Assembly: GCA_964016885.1 (NCBI GenBank)
Contig: OZ024740.1
Location: 251,534,001-251,598,000 of the forward strand
Length of the DNA stretch: 64,000 nt
Direction of reading: 5' to 3'
Origin: Eledone cirrhosa
Lineage: Eukaryota
The notes below the pieces were generated by a model. It was not told the DNA's origin, did not search any database, and saw nothing but the letters and a program-made list of their open reading frames with translations. Positions 39,251 through 54,569 of this stretch are shown one piece after another. Positions within the stretch are counted from its first letter, which is position 1. Each line of letters opens with the position of its first letter. The translations under genes were made by a program, and so were the position numbers.

Positions 39251-42200
39251 ATTATCTCCCCTTGATTTTTTTTTACAAATTATCTCCCCCTGATTTTTTT
39301 TTTACAAATTATCTCCCCCTGATTTTTTTAAAAATTATCTTCCCTTGGCTGGCGGGAAATTATCTCCCCTTGGACGGCTGGAAATTATCTCCCCTTGGAA
39401 GGATGTAAATTATCTCCCCTTGGACGGCTGGAAATTATCTCCCCTTGCACGGCTGGAAATTATCTCCCCTTGATTTTTTTTACAAATTATCTCCCCCTGA
39501 TTTTTTTTTACAAATTATCTCCCCCTGATTTTTTTTTACAAATTATCTCCCCCTGATTTTTTTTACAAATTATCTCCCCCTGATTTTTAAAAAAAAAATT
39601 ATCTCCCCTTCGCTGGCTGGAAATTATCTCCCCTTGGACGCTGGAAATTATAGCCCCTTGGAGGGCTGGAAATTATCTTCCCTTGGACGGCTGGAAATTA
39701 TCTTCCCTTGGACGGCTGGAAATTATCTCCCCTTGATTTTTTTTACAAATTATCTCCCCCTGATTTTTTTTTACAAATTATCTCCCCCTGATTTTTTTTT
39801 ACAAATTATCTCCCCCTGATTTTTTTTTTACAAATTATCTCCGCTTGATTTTAAAAAAAAAATTATCTCCCCTTGGACGGCTGGAAATTATCTCCCCTTG
39901 GACGGCTGGAAATTATCTCCCCTTGGACGGCTAGAAATTATCTCTCCTTGGACGGCTGAAAATTATCTCCCCTTGGACGGCTGCAAATTATCTCCCCTTT
40001 ATTTTTTTTACAAATTATCTCCCCCTGATTTTTTTTTACAAATTATCTCCCCCTCATTTTTTTACAAATTATCTACCCCTGATTTTTTTTACAAATTATC
40101 TCCCCCTGATTTTTTTTTACAAATTATCTCCCTCTGATTTTTTTTACAAATTATCTCCCCCTGATTTTTTTTTTACAAATTATCTCCCCCTGATTTTTTT
40201 AAAAATTATCTCCCCCTGATTTTTTTACAATCTCCGCCTGATTTTTTTAAAAATTATCTTCCCTTGGCTGGCGGGAAATTATCTCCCCTTGGACGGCTGG
40301 AAATTATCTCCCCTTGGAAGGATGGAAATTATCTCCCCTTGGACGGCTGGATATTATCTCCCCTTGCACGGCTGGAAATTATCTCCCCTTGGCTGGAAAT
40401 TATCTCCCCTTGGACGGCTAGAAATTATCTCTCTTTGGACGGCTGGAAATTATCTCCCTTTGATTTTTTTTACAAATTATCTCCCTCTGATATTTTTTAC
40501 AAATCTCCCCCTGATTTTTTAAAAAAAATTATCTCCCCTTCGCTGGCTGGAAATTATCTCCCCTTGGACACTGGAAATTATAGCCCCTTGGAGGGCTGGA
40601 AATTATCTTCCCTTGGACGGCTGGAAATTATCTCCCCTTGATTTTTTTTACAAATTATCTCCGCCTGATTTTTTTTAAAAATTATCTCTCCTTGGACGGC
40701 TGGAAATTATCTCCCCTTGATTTTTTTTACAAATTATCTCCCCCTGATTTTTTTTACAAATTATCTCCCCCTGATTTTTTTTTACAAATTATCTACCACT
40801 GATTTTTTTTACAAATTATCTCCCCCTGATTTTTTTTACAAATTATCTCCCCCTGATTTTTCTTTTACAAATTATCTCCCCCTGATTTTTTTACAAATTA
40901 TCTCCCCCTGATTTTTTTACAAATTATCTCCGCCTGATTTTTTTAAATATTATCTTCCCTTGGCTGGCGGGAAATTATCTCCCCTTGGACGGCTGGAAAT
41001 TATCTGCCCTTGATTTTGTTTTTACAAATTATCTTCCACTGATTTTTTTTACAAATTATCTCCACCTGATTTTTTAAAAAATTATCTCCCCTTGGAAGGC
41101 TGGAAATTATCTCCCCTTGGACGGCTAGAAATTATCTCTCTTTGGACGGCTGGAAATTATCTCCCCTTGATTTTTTTTACAAATTATCTCCCCCTGATTT
41201 TTTTTACAAATATCCCAGTGATTTTTTTTTAAAAATTATCTCCCCTTCGCTGGCTGGAAATTATCTCCCCTTGGACGCTGGAAATTATAGCCCCTTGGAG
41301 GGCTGGAAATTATCTTCCCTTGGACGGCTGGAAATTATCTCCCCTTGATTTTTTTTACAAATTATCTCCCCCTGATTTTTTTTTACAAATTATCTCCCCC
41401 TGATTTTTTTTTACAAATTATCTCCCCCTGATTTTTTTTACAACTTATCTCCGCCTGATTTTTTTTAAAAAATCATCTCCCCTTGGACGGCTGGAAATTA
41501 TCTCCCCTTGGACGGCTGGAAATTATCTCCCCTTGATTTTTTTACAAATTATCTCCCCCTGATTTTTTTTACAAATTATCTCCCCCTGATTTTTTTTACA
41601 AATTATCTCCCCCTGATTTTTTTTACAAATTATCTCCGCCTGATTTTTTTAAATATTATCTCTCCTTGGCTGGCGGGAAATTATTTCCCCTTGGACGGCT
41701 GCAAATTATCTCCGCTTGATTTTTTTTACAAATTATCTCCCCCTGATTTTTTTTTAAAAATTATCTCCCCCTGATTTTTTTTACAAATTATCTCCCCTGA
41801 TTTTTTTTTACAAATTATCTCCCCCTGATTTTTTTTTACAAATTATCTCCCCCTGATTTTTTTTTTACAAATTATCTCCCCCTGATTTTTTTACAAATTA
41901 TCTCCCCCTGATTTTTATAACAATCTCCGCCTGATTTTTTTTAAAATTATCTTCCCTTGGCTGGCGGGAAATTATCTCCCCTTGGACGGCTGGAAATTAT
42001 CTCCCCTTGGAAGGATGGAAATTATCTCCCCTTGGACGGCTGGAAATTATCTCCCCTTGCACGGCTGGAAATTATCTCCCCTTGGCTGGAAATTATCTCC
42101 CCTTGGACGGCTAGAAATTATCTCTCTTTGGATGGCTGGAAATTATCTCCCTTTGATTTTTTTTACAAATTATCTCCCTCTGATTTTTTTTACAAATCTC

Positions 42201-45200
42201 CCCCTGATTTTTTTTTACAAATTATCTCCCCCTGATTTTTTTTACAAACTATCTCCCCCTGATTTTTTTACAAATTATCTCCCCTTGGCTGGCTGGAAAT
42301 TATCTCCCCTTGGAGGCTGGAATTTATCTCCCCTTGGACGGCTAGAAATTACCTCTCCTTGGACGGCTGGAAAATATGTCTCCTTGGACGGCTGGAAATT
42401 ATCTCCCCTTGGACGGCTGGAAATTACCTCTCCTTGGACGGCTGAAAATTATCTCCCCTTGGACGGCTGGAAATTATCTCCCCTTGCACTGCTGGAAATT
42501 ATCTCCCCTTGGACGGCTGGAAATTATCTGCCCTTGATTTTGTTTTTACAAATTATCTTCCCCTGATTATTTTTACAAATTATCTCCACCTGATTTTTTA
42601 AAAAATTATCTCCCCTTGGACGGCTGGAAATTATCTCCCCTTGGCTGGAAATTATCTCCCCTTGGACGGCTAGAAATTATCTCTCTTTGGACGGCTGGAA
42701 ATTATCTCCCCTTGATTTTTTTTACAAATTATCTCCCCCTGATTTTTTTTACAAATTATCCCCCCATGATTTTTAAAAAAAAAATTATCTCCCCTTCGCT
42801 GGCTGGAAATTATCTCCCCTTGGACGCTGGAAATTATAGCCCCTTGGAGGGCTGGAAATTATCTTCCCTTGGACGGCTGGAAATTATCTCCCCTTGATTT
42901 TTTTTACAAATTATCTCCCCCTGATTTTTTTTAACAAATTATCTCCCCCTGATTTTTTTTTTACAAATTATCTCCGCCTGATTTTTTTAAAAAAATTATC
43001 TCCCCTTGGACGGCTGGAAATTATCTCCCCTTGGACGGCTGGAAATTATCTCGCCTTGGACGGCTAGAAATTACCTCTCCTTGGACGGCTGAAAATTATC
43101 TCCCCTTGGACGGCTGCAAATTATCTCCTCTTGATTTTTTTTACAAATTATCTCCCCCTGATTTTTTTTACAAATTATCTCCCCCTGATTTTTTTTACAA
43201 ATTATCTCCCCCTGATTTTTTTTTACAAATTATCTCCCCCTGATTTTTTTTCCAAATTATCTCCCCCTGATTTTTTTTACAAATTATCTCCCCCTGATTT
43301 TTTTTACAAATTATCTCCCCCTGATTTTTTTTACAATCTCCGCCTGATTTTTTAAAAAATTATCTTCCCTTGGCTGGCGGGAAATTATCTCCCCTTGGAC
43401 GGCTGGAAATTATCTCCCCTTGGACGGCTAGAAATTATCTCTCTTTGGACGGCTGGAAATTATCTCCCCTTGATTTTTTTTACAAATTATCTCCCCCTGA
43501 TTTTTTTTACAAATTATCCCCGCATGATTTTTAAAAAAAAAATTATCTCCCCTTCGCTGGCTGGAAATTATCTCCCCTTGGACGCTGGAAATTATAGCCC
43601 CTTGGAGGGCTGGAAATTATCTTCCCTTGGACGGCTGGAAATTATCTCCCCCTGATTTTTTTTTACAAATTATCTCCCCCTGATTTTTTTTTACAAATTA
43701 TCTCCCCCTGATTTTTTTTTTTACAAATTATCTCCGCCTGATTTTTAAAAAAAAATTATCTCCCCTTGGACGGCTGGAAATTATCTCCCCTTGGACGGCT
43801 GGAAATTATCTCCCCTTGGACGGCTAGAAATTACCTCTCCTTGGACGGCTGAAAATTATCTCCCCTTGGACGGCTGCAAATTATCTCCCCTTGATTTTTT
43901 TTACAAATTATCTCCCCCTGATTTTTTTTACAAATTATCTCCCCCTGATTTTTTTTACAAATTATCTCCCCCTGATTTTTTTTTACAAATTATCTCCCCC
44001 TGATTTTTTTTTACAAATTAACTCCCCCTGATTTTTTTTACAAATTATCTCCCCCTGATTTTTTTTACAAATTATCTCCCCCTGATTTTTTTTTACAAAT
44101 TATCTCCCCTTGATTTTTTTTTACAAATTATCTGCCCCTGATTTTTTTTTTACAAATTATCTCCCCCTGATTTTTTTACAAATTATCTCCCCCTGATTTT
44201 TTTTACAAATTATCTCCCGCTGATTTTTTTTACAAATTATCTCCCCTTGATTTTTTTTTACAAATTATCTCCCCTTGATTTTTTTTTACAAATTATCTCC
44301 CCCTGATTTTTTTTTTACAAATTATCTCCCCCTGATTTTTTTAAAAATTATCTTCCCTTGGCTGGCGGGAAATTATCTCCCCTTGGACGGCTGGAAATTA
44401 TCTCCCCTTGGAAGGATGTAAATTATCTCCCCTTGGACGGCTGGAAATTATCTCCCCTTGCACGGCTGGAAATTATCTCCCCTTGATTTTTTTTACAAAT
44501 TATCTCCCCCTGATTTTTTTTTACAAATTATCTCCCCCTGATTTTTTTTTACAAATTATCTCCCCCTGATTTTTTTTACAAATTATCTCCCCCTGATTTT
44601 TAAAAAAAAAATTATCTCCCCTTCGCTGGCTGGAAATTATCTCCCCTTGGACGCTGGAAATTATAGCCCCTTGGAGGGCTGGAAATTATCTTCCCTTGGA
44701 CGGCTGGAAATTATCTTCCCTTGGACGGCTGGAAATTATCTCCCCTTGATTTTTTTTACAAATTATCTCCCCCTGATTTTTTTTTACAAATTATCTCCCC
44801 CTGATTTTTTTTACAAATTATCTACCCCTGATTTTTTTTACAAATTATCTCCCCCTGATTTTTTTTTACAAATTATCTCCCTCTGATTTTTTTTTACAAA
44901 TTATCTCCCCCTGATTTTTTTTTTACAAATTATCTCCCCCTGATTTTTTTACAAATTATCTCCCCCTGATTTTTTTTACAATCTCCGCCTGATTTTTTAA
45001 AAAATTATCTTCCCTTGGCTGGCGGGAAATTATCTCCCCTTGGACGGCTGGAAATTATCTCCCCTTGGACGGCTAGAAATTATCTCTCTTTGGACGGCTG
45101 CAAATTATCTCCCCTTGATTTTTTTTACAAATTATCTCCCCCTGATTTTTTTACAAATTATCCCCGCATGATTTTTAAAAAAAAAATTATCTCCCCTTCG

Positions 45201-47199
45201 CTGGCTGGAAATTATCTCCCCTTGGACGCTGGAAATTATAGCCCCTTGGAGGGCTGGAAATTATCTTCCCTTGGACGGCTGGAAATTATCTCCCCTTGAT
45301 TTTTTTTACAAATTATCTCCCCCTGATTTTTTTTTACAAATTATCTCCCCCTGATTTTTTTTTACAAATTATCTCCCGCTGATTTTTTTTTTTACAAATT
45401 ATCTCCGCCTGATTTTTAAAAAAAAATTATCTCCCCTTGGACGGCTGGAAATTATCTCCCCTTGGACGGCTGGAAATTATCTCCCCTTGGACGGCTAGAA
45501 ATTACCTCTCCTTGGACGGCTGAAAATTATCTCCCCTTGGACGGCTGCAAATTATCTCCCCTTGATTTTTTTTACAAATTATCTCCCCCTGATTTTTTTT
45601 ACAAATTATCTCCCCCTGATTTTTTTTACAAATTATCTCCCCCTGATTTTTTTTTACAAATTATCTCCCCCTGATTTTTTTTTACAAATTATCTCCCCCT
45701 GATTTTTTTTACAAATTATCTCCCCCTGATTTTTTTTACAAATTATCTCCCCCTGATTTTTTTTTACAAATTATCTCCCCTTGATTTTTTTTTACAAATT
45801 ATCTCCCCCTGATTTTTTTTTTACAAATTATCTCCCCCTGATTTTTTTACAAATTATCTCCCCCTGATTTTTTTTACAAATTATCTCCCCCTGATTTTTT
45901 TTACAAATTATCTCCCCTTGATTTTTTTCTACAAATTATCTCCCCCTGATTTTTTTTTTACAAATTATCTCCTCCTGATTTTTTTAAAAATTATCTTCCC
46001 TTGGCTGGCGGGAAATTATCTCCCCTTGGACGGCTGGAAATTATCTCCCCTTGGAAGGATGTAAATTATCTCCCCTTGGACGGCTGGAAATTATCTCCCC
46101 TTGCACGGCTGGAAATTATCTCCCCTTGATTTTTTTTACAAATTATCTCCCCCTGATTTTTTTTTACAAATTATCTCCCCCTGATTTTTTTTTACAAATT
46201 ATCTCCCCCTGATTTTTTTTACAAATTATCTCCCCCTGATTTAAAAAAAAAAAATTATCTCCCCTTCGCTGGCTGGAAATTATCTCCCCTTGGACGCTGG
46301 AAATTATAGCCCCTTGGAGGGCTGGAAATTATCTTCCCTTGGACGGCTGGAAATTATCTTCCCTTGGACGGCTGGAAATTATCTCCCCTTGATTTTTTTT
46401 ACAAATTATCTCCCCCTGATTTTTTTTTACAAATTATCTCCCCCTGATTTTTTTTACAAATTATCTCCCCCTGATTTTTTTTACAATCTCCGCCTGATTT
46501 TTTAAAAAATTATCTTCCCTTGGCTGGCGGGAAATTATCTCCCCTTGGACGGCTGGAAATTATCTCCCCTTGGACGGCTAGAAATTATCTCTCTTTGGAC
46601 GGCTGGAAATTATCTCCCCTTGATTTTTTTTACAAATTATCTCCCCCTGATTTTTTTTACAAATTATCCCCGCATGATTTTTAAAAAAAAAATTATCTCC
46701 CCTTCGCTGGCTGGAAATTATCTCCCCTTGGACGCTGGAAATTATAGCCCCTTGGAGGGCTGGAAATTATCTTCCCTTGGACGGCTGGAAATTATCTCCC
46801 CTTAATTTTTTTTACAAATTATCTCCCCCTGATTTTTTTTTACAAATTATCTCCCCCTGATTTTTTTTTACAAATTATCTCCCCCTGATTTTTTTTTTAC
46901 AAATTATCTCCGCCTGATTTTTAAAAAAAAATTATCTCCCCTTGGACGGCTGGAAATTATCTCCCCTTGGACGGCTGGAAATTATCTCCCCTTGGACGGC
47001 TAGAAATTACCTCTCCTTGGACGGCTGAAAATTATCTCCCCTTGGACGGCTGCAAATTATCTCCCCTTGATTTTTTTTACAAATTATCTCCCCCTGATTT
47101 TTTTTACAAATTATCTCCCCCTGATTTTTTTTACAAATTATCTCCCCCTGATTTTTTTTTACAAATTATCTCCCCCTGATTTTTTTTTACAAATTATCT

Positions 47200-50100
47200 C
47201 CCCCTGATTTTTTTTACAAATTATCTCCCCCTGATTTTTTTTACAAATTATCTCCCCCTGATTTTTTTTTACAAATTATCTCCCCTTGATTTTTTTTTAC
47301 AAATTATCTGCCCCTGATTTTTTTTTTACAAATTATCTCCCCCTGATTTTTTTACAAATTATCTCCCCCTGATTTTTTTTACAAATTATCTCCCCCTGAT
47401 TTTTTTTACAAATTATCTCCCCTTGATTTTTTTTTACAAATTATCTCCCCTTGATTTTTTTTTACAAATTATCTCCCCCTGATTTTTTTTTTACAAATTA
47501 TCTCCCCCTGATTTTTTTAAAAATTATCTTCCCTTGGCTGGCGGGAAATTATCTCCCCTTGGACGGCTGGAAATTATCTCCCCTTGGAAGGATGTAAATT
47601 ATCTCCCCTTGGACGGCTGGAAATTATCTCCCCTTGCACGGCTGGAAATTATCTCCCCTTGATTTTTTTTACAAATTATCTCCCCCTGATTTTTTTTTAC
47701 AAATTATCTCCCCCTGATTTTTTTTTACAAATTATCTCCCCCTGATTTTTTTTACAAATTATCTCCCCCTGATTTTTAAAAAAAAAATTATCTCCCCTTC
47801 GCTGGCTGGAAATTATCTCCCCTTGGACGCTGGAAATTATAGCCCCTTGGAGGGCTGGAAATTATCTTCCCTTGGACGGCTGGAAATTATCTTCCCTTGG
47901 ACGGCTGGAAATTATCTCCCCTTGATTTTTTTTACAAATTATCTCCCCCTGATTTTTTTTTACAAATTATCTCCCCCTGATTTTTTTTACAAATTATCTA
48001 CCCCTGATTTTTTTTACAAATTATCTCCCCCTGATTTTTTTTTACAAATTATCTCCCTCTGATTTTTTTTTACAAATTATCTCCCCCTGATTTTTTTTTT
48101 ACAAATTATCTCCCCCTGATTTTTTTACAAATTATCTCCCCCTGATTTTTTTTACAATCTCCGCCTGATTTTTTAAAAAATTATCTCCCCTTCGCTGGCT
48201 GGAAATTATCTCCCCTTGGACGCTGGAAATTATAGCCCCTTGGAGGGCTGGAAATTATCTTCCTTTGGACGGCTGGAAATTATCTCCCCTTGATTTTTTT
48301 TACAAATTATCTCCCCCTGATTTTTTTTTACAAATTATCTCCCCCTGATTTTTTTTTACAAATTATCTCCCCCTGATTTTTTTTTTTACAAATTATCTCC
48401 GCCTGATTTTTAAAAAAAAATTATCTCCCCTTGGACGGCTGGAAATTATCTCCCCTTGGACGGCTGGAAATTATCTCCCCTTGGACGGCTAGAAATTACC
48501 TCTCCTTGGACGGCTGAAAATTATCTCCCCTTGGACGGCTGCAAATTATCTCCCCTTGATTTTTTTTACAAATTATCTCCCCCTGATTTTTTTTACAAAT
48601 TATCTCCCCCTGATTTTTTTTACAAATTATCTCCCCCTGATTTTTTTTTACAAATTATCTCCCCCTGATTTTTTTTTACAAATTATCTCCCCCTGATTTT
48701 TTTTACAAATTATCTCCCCCTGATTTTTTTTACAAATTATCTCCCCCTGATTTTTTTTTACAAATTATCTCCCCTTGATTTTTTTTTACAAATTATCTCC
48801 CCCTGATTTTTTTTTTACAAATTATCTCCCCCTGATTTTTTTACAAATTATCTCCCCCTGATTTTTTTTACAAATTATCTCCCCCTGATTTTTTTTACAA
48901 ATTATCTCCCCTTGATTTTTTTTTACAAATTATCTCCCCCTGATTTTTTTTTTACAAATTATCTCCCCCTGATTTTTTTAAAAATTATCTTCCCTTGGCT
49001 GGCGGGAAATTATCTCCCCTTGGACGGCTGGAAATTATCTCCCCTTGGAAGGATGTAAATTATCTCCCCTTGGACGGCTGGAAATTATCTCCCCTTGCAC
49101 GGCTGGAAATTATCTCCCCTTGATTTTTTTTACAAATTATCTCCCCCTGATTTTTTTTTACAAATTATCTCCCCCTGATTTTTTTTTACAAATTATCTCC
49201 CCCTGATTTTTTTTACAAATTATCTCCCCCTGATTTAAAAAAAAAAAATTATCTCCCCTTCGCTGGCTGGAAATTATCTCCCCTTGGACGCTGGAAATTA
49301 TAGCCCCTTGGAGGGCTGGAAATTATCTTCCCTTGGACGGCTGGAAATTATCTTCCCTTGGACGGCTGGAAATTATCTCCCCTTGATTTTTTTTACAAAT
49401 TATCTCCCCCTGATTTTTTTTTACAAATTATCTCCCCCTGATTTTTTTTTACAAATTATCTCCCCCTGATTTTTTTTTTACAAATTATCTCCGCTTGATT
49501 TTTTAAAAAAAATTATCTCCCCTTGGACGGTTGGAAATTATCTCCCCTTGGACGGCTAGAAATTATCTCTCCTTGGACGGCTGAAAATTATCTCCCCTTG
49601 GACGGCTGCAAATTATCTCCCCTTGATTTTTTTTACAAATTATCTCCCCCTGATTTTTTTTTACAAATTATCTCCCCCTGATTTTTTTTTACAAATTATC
49701 TCCCCTTGATTTTTTTTTACAAATTATCTCCCCCTGATTTTTTTTTACAAATTATCTCCCCCTGATTTTTTTACAAATTATCTCCCCCTGATTTTTTTTA
49801 CAAATTATCTCCCCCTGATTTTTTTTACAAATTATCTCCCCTTGATTTTTTTTTACAAATTATCTCCCCCTGATTTTTTTTTTACAAATTATCTCCCCCT
49901 GATTTTTTTTAAAATTATCTTCCCTAGGCTGGCGGGAAATTATCTCCCCTTGGACGGCTGGAAATTATCTCCCCTTGGAAGGATGTAAATTATCTCCCCT
50001 TGGACGGCTGGAAATTATCTCCCCTTGCACGGCTGGAAATTATCTCCCCTTGATTTTTTTTACAAATTATCTCCCCCTGATTTTTTTTTACAAATTATCT

Positions 50101-52070
50101 CCCCCTGATTTTTTTTTACAAATTATCTCCCCCTGATTTTTTTTACAAATTATCTCCCCCTGATTTAAAAAAAAAAAATTATCTCCCGTTCGCTGGCTGG
50201 AAATTATCTCCCCTTGGACGCTGGAAATTATAGCCCCTTGGAGGGCTGGAAATTATCTTCCCTTGGACGGCTGGAAATTATCTTCCCTTGGACGGCTGGA
50301 AATTATCTCCCCTTGATTTTTTTTTCCAAATTATCTCCCCCTGATTTTTTTTTACAAATTATCTCCCCCTGATTTTTTTTTACAAATTATCTCCCCCTGA
50401 TTTTTTTTTTACAAATTATCTCCGCTTGATTTTTTAAAAAAAATTATCTCCCCTTGGACGGCTGGAAATTATCTCCCCTTGGACGGCTGGAAATTATCTC
50501 CCCTTGGACGGCTAGAAATTATCTCTCCTTGGACGGCTGAAAATTATCTCCCCTTGGACGGCTGCAAATTATCTCCCCTTTATTTTTTTTACAAATTATC
50601 TCCCCCTGATTTTTTTTTACAAATTATCTCCCCCTCATTTTTTTACAAATTATCTACCCCTGATTTTTTTTACAAATTATCTCCCCCTGATTTTTTTTTA
50701 CAAATTATCTCCCTCTGATTTTTTTTACAAATTATCTCCCCCTGATTTTTTTTTTACAAATTATCTCCCCCTGATTTTTTTAAAAATTATCTCCCCCTGA
50801 TTTTTTTACAATCTCCGCCTGATTTTTTTAAAAATTATCTTCCCTTGGCTGGCGGGAAATTATCTCCCCTTGGACGGCTGGAAATTATCTCCCCTTGGAA
50901 GGATGGAAATTATCTCCCCTTGGACGGCTGGATATTATCTCCCCTTGCACGGCTGGAAATTATCTCCCCTTGGCTGGAAATTATCTCCCCTTGGACGGCT
51001 AGAAATTATCTCTCTTTGGACGGCTGGAAATTATCTCCCTTTGATTTTTTTTACAAATTATCTCCCTCTGATATTTTTTACAAATCTCCCCCTGATTTTT
51101 TAAAAAAAATTATCTCCCCTTCGCTGGCTGGAAATTATCTCCCCTTGGACACTGGAAATTATAGCCCCTTGGAGGGCTGGAAATTATCTTCCCTTGGACG
51201 GCTGGAAATTATCTCCCCTTGATTTTTTTTACAAATTATCTCCGCCTGATTTTTTTTAAAAATTATCTCTCCTTGGACGGCTGGAAATTATCTCCCCTTG
51301 ATTTTTTTACAAATTATCTCCCCCTGATTTTTTTTACAAATTATCTACCACTGATTTTTTTTACAAATTATCTCCCCCTGATTTTTTTTACAAATTATCT
51401 CCCCCTGATTTTTCTTTTACAAATTATCTCCCCCTGATTTTTTTACAAATTATCTCCCCCTGATTTTTTTTACAAATTATCTCCGCCTGATTTTTTTAAA
51501 TATTATCTTCCCTTGGCTGGCGGGAAATTATCTCCCCTTGGACGGCTGGAAATTATCTGCCCTTGATTTTGTTTTTACAAATTATCTTCCACTGATTTTT
51601 TTTACAAATTATCTCCACCTGATTTTTTAAAAAATTATCTCCCCTTGGAAGGCTGGAAATTATCTCCCCTTGGACGGCTAGAAATTATCTCTCTTTGGAC
51701 GGCTGGAAATTATCTCCCCTTGATTTTTTTTACAAATTATCTCCCCCTGATTTTTTTTACAAATATCCCAGTGATTTTTTTTAAAAAATTATCTCCCCTT
51801 CGCTGGCTGGAAATTATCTCCCCTTGGACGCTGGAAATTATAGCCCCTTGGAGGGCTGGAAATTATCTTCCCTTGGACGGCTGGAAATTATCTCCCCTTG
51901 ATTTTTTTTACAAATTATCTCCCCCTGATTTTTTTTTACAAATTATCTCCCCCTGATTTTTTTTTACAAATTATCTCCCCCTGATTTTTTTTACAACTTA
52001 TCTCCGCCTGATTTTTTTTAAAAAATCATCTCCCCTTGGACGGCTGGAAATTATCTCCCCTTGGACGGCT
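47200..52070 (+). repeat. Third copy of the 4-8.8 kb / 36.7-41.5 kb block (offset 10,581)
   Basis: ORF pairs 37242/47823, 37875/48456, 38703/49284, 39898/50479 and 40264/50845 all differ by 10,581; shared rare variants CCCTTTATTT, CCCCTCATTT and GGACACTGG. Confidence 0.88.
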
Positions 52071-54569
52071 GGAAATTATCTCTCCTTGGACGGCTAGAAA
52101 TTACCTCTCCTTGGACAATTGAAAATTATCTCCCCTTGGACGGCTGGAAATTATCTCCCCTTGATTTTTTTTACAAATTATCTCCCCCTGATTTTTTTTA
52201 CAAATTATCTCCCCTGATTTTTTTTTACAAATTATCTCCCCCTGATTTTTTTTTACAAATTATCTCCCCCTGATTTTTTTTACAAATTATCTCCCCCTGA
52301 TTTTTTTACAAATTATCTCCCCTTGGCTGGCTGGAAATTATCTCCCCTTGGAGGCAGGAATTTATCTCCCCTTGGACGGCTAGAAATTACCTCTCCTTGG
52401 ACGGCTGGAAAATATGTCTCCTTGGACGGCTGGAAATTATCTCCCCTTGGACGGCTGGAAATTATCTCCCCTTGGACGGCTGGAAATTATCTCCCCTTGG
52501 ACGGCTAGAAATTACCTCTCCTTGGACGGCTGAAAATTATCTCCCCTTGGACGGCTGGAAATTATCTCCCCTTGATTTTTTTACAAATTATCTCCCCCTG
52601 ATTTTTTTTTACAAATTATCTCCCCCTGATTTTTTTTACAAATTATCTCCCCCTGATTTTTTTTACAAATTATCTCCCCCTGATTTTTTTTACAAATTAT
52701 CTCCGCCTGATTTTTTTAAATATTATCTCTCCTTGGCTGGCGGGAAATTATCTCCCCTTGGACGGCTGCAAATTATCTCCGCTTGATTTTTTTTACAAAT
52801 TATCTCCCCCTGATTTTTTTTTACAAATTATCTCCCCCTGATTTTTTTTACAAATTATCTCCCCCTGATTTTTTTTACAAATTATCTCCCCCTGATTTTT
52901 TTTTACAAATTATCTCCCCTTGATTTTTTTTTACAAATTATCTCCCCCTGATTTTTTTTTTACAAATTATCTCCCCCTGATTTTTTTACAAATTATCTCC
53001 CCCTGATTTTTTTACAAATTATCTCCCCCTGATTTTTTTTACAAATTATCTCCCCTTGATTTTTTTTTACAAATTATCTCCCCCTGATTTTTTTTTTACA
53101 AATTATCTCCCCCTGATTTTTTTAAAAATTATCTTCCCTTGGCTGGCGGGAAATTATCTCCCCTTGGACGGCTGGAAATTATCTCCCCTTGGAAGGATGT
53201 AAATTATCTCCCCTTGGACGGCTGGAAATTATCTCCCCTTGCACGGCTGGAAATTATCTCCCCTTGATTTTTTTTACAAATTATCTCCCCCTGATTTTTT
53301 TTTACAAATTATCTCCCCCTGATTTTTTTTTACAAATTATCTCCCCCTGATTTTTTTTACAAATTATCTCCCCCTGATTTTTAAAAAAAAAATTATCTCC
53401 CCTTCGCTGGCTGGAAATTATCTCCCCTTGGACGCTGGAAATTATAGCCCCTTGGAGGGCTGGAAATTATCTTCCCTTGGACGGCTGGAAATTATCTTCC
53501 CTTGGACGGCTGGAAATTATCTCCCCTTGATTTTTTTTACAAATTATCTCCCCCTGATTTTTTTTTACAAATTATCTCCCCCTGATTTTTTTTTACAAAT
53601 TATCTCCCCCTGATTTTTTTTTTACAAATTATCTCCGCTTGATTTTTTAAAAAAAATTATCTCCCCTTGGACGGCTGGAAATTATCTCCCCGTGGACGGC
53701 TGGAAATTATCTCCCCTTGGACGGCTAGAAATTATCTCTCCTTGGACGGCTGAAAATTATCTCCCCTTGGACGGCTGCAAATTATCTCCCCTTGATTTTT
53801 TTTACAAATTATCTCCCCCTGATTTTTTTTTACAAATTATCTCCCCCTGATTTTTTTTACAAATTATCTACCCCTGATTTTTTTTACAAATTATCTCTCC
53901 CTGATTTTTTTTACAAATTATCTCCCTCTGATTTTTTTTTACAAATTATCTCCCCCTGATTTTTTTTTTACAAATTATCTCCCCCTGATTTTTTTACAAA
54001 TTATCTCCCCCTGATTTTTTTTACAATCTCCGCCTGATTTTTTAAAAAATTATCTTCCCTTGGCTGGCGGGAAATTATCTCCCCTTGGACGGCTGGAAAT
54101 TATCTCCCCTTGGACGGCTAGAAATTATCTCTCTTTGGACGGCTGGAAATTATCTCCCCTTGATTTTTTTTACAAATTATCTCCCCCTGATTTTTTTTAC
54201 AAATTATCCCCGCATGATTTAAAAAAAAAAAATTATCTCCCCTTCGCTGGCTGGAAATTATCTCCCCTTGGACGCTGGAAATTATAGCCCCTTGGAGGGC
54301 TGGAAATTATCTTCCCTTGGACGGCTGGAAATTATCTCCCCTTGATTTTTTTTACAAATTATCTCCCCCTGATTTTTTTTTACAAATTATCTCCCCCTGA
54401 TTTTTTTTTACAAATTATCTCCCCCTGATTTTTTTTTTACAAATTATCTCCGCTTGATTTTTTAAAAAAAATTATCTCCCCTTGGACGGCTGGAAATTAT
54501 CTCCCCTTGGACGGCTGGAAATTATCTCCCCTTGGACGGCTAGAAATTATCTCTCCTTGGACGGCTGAA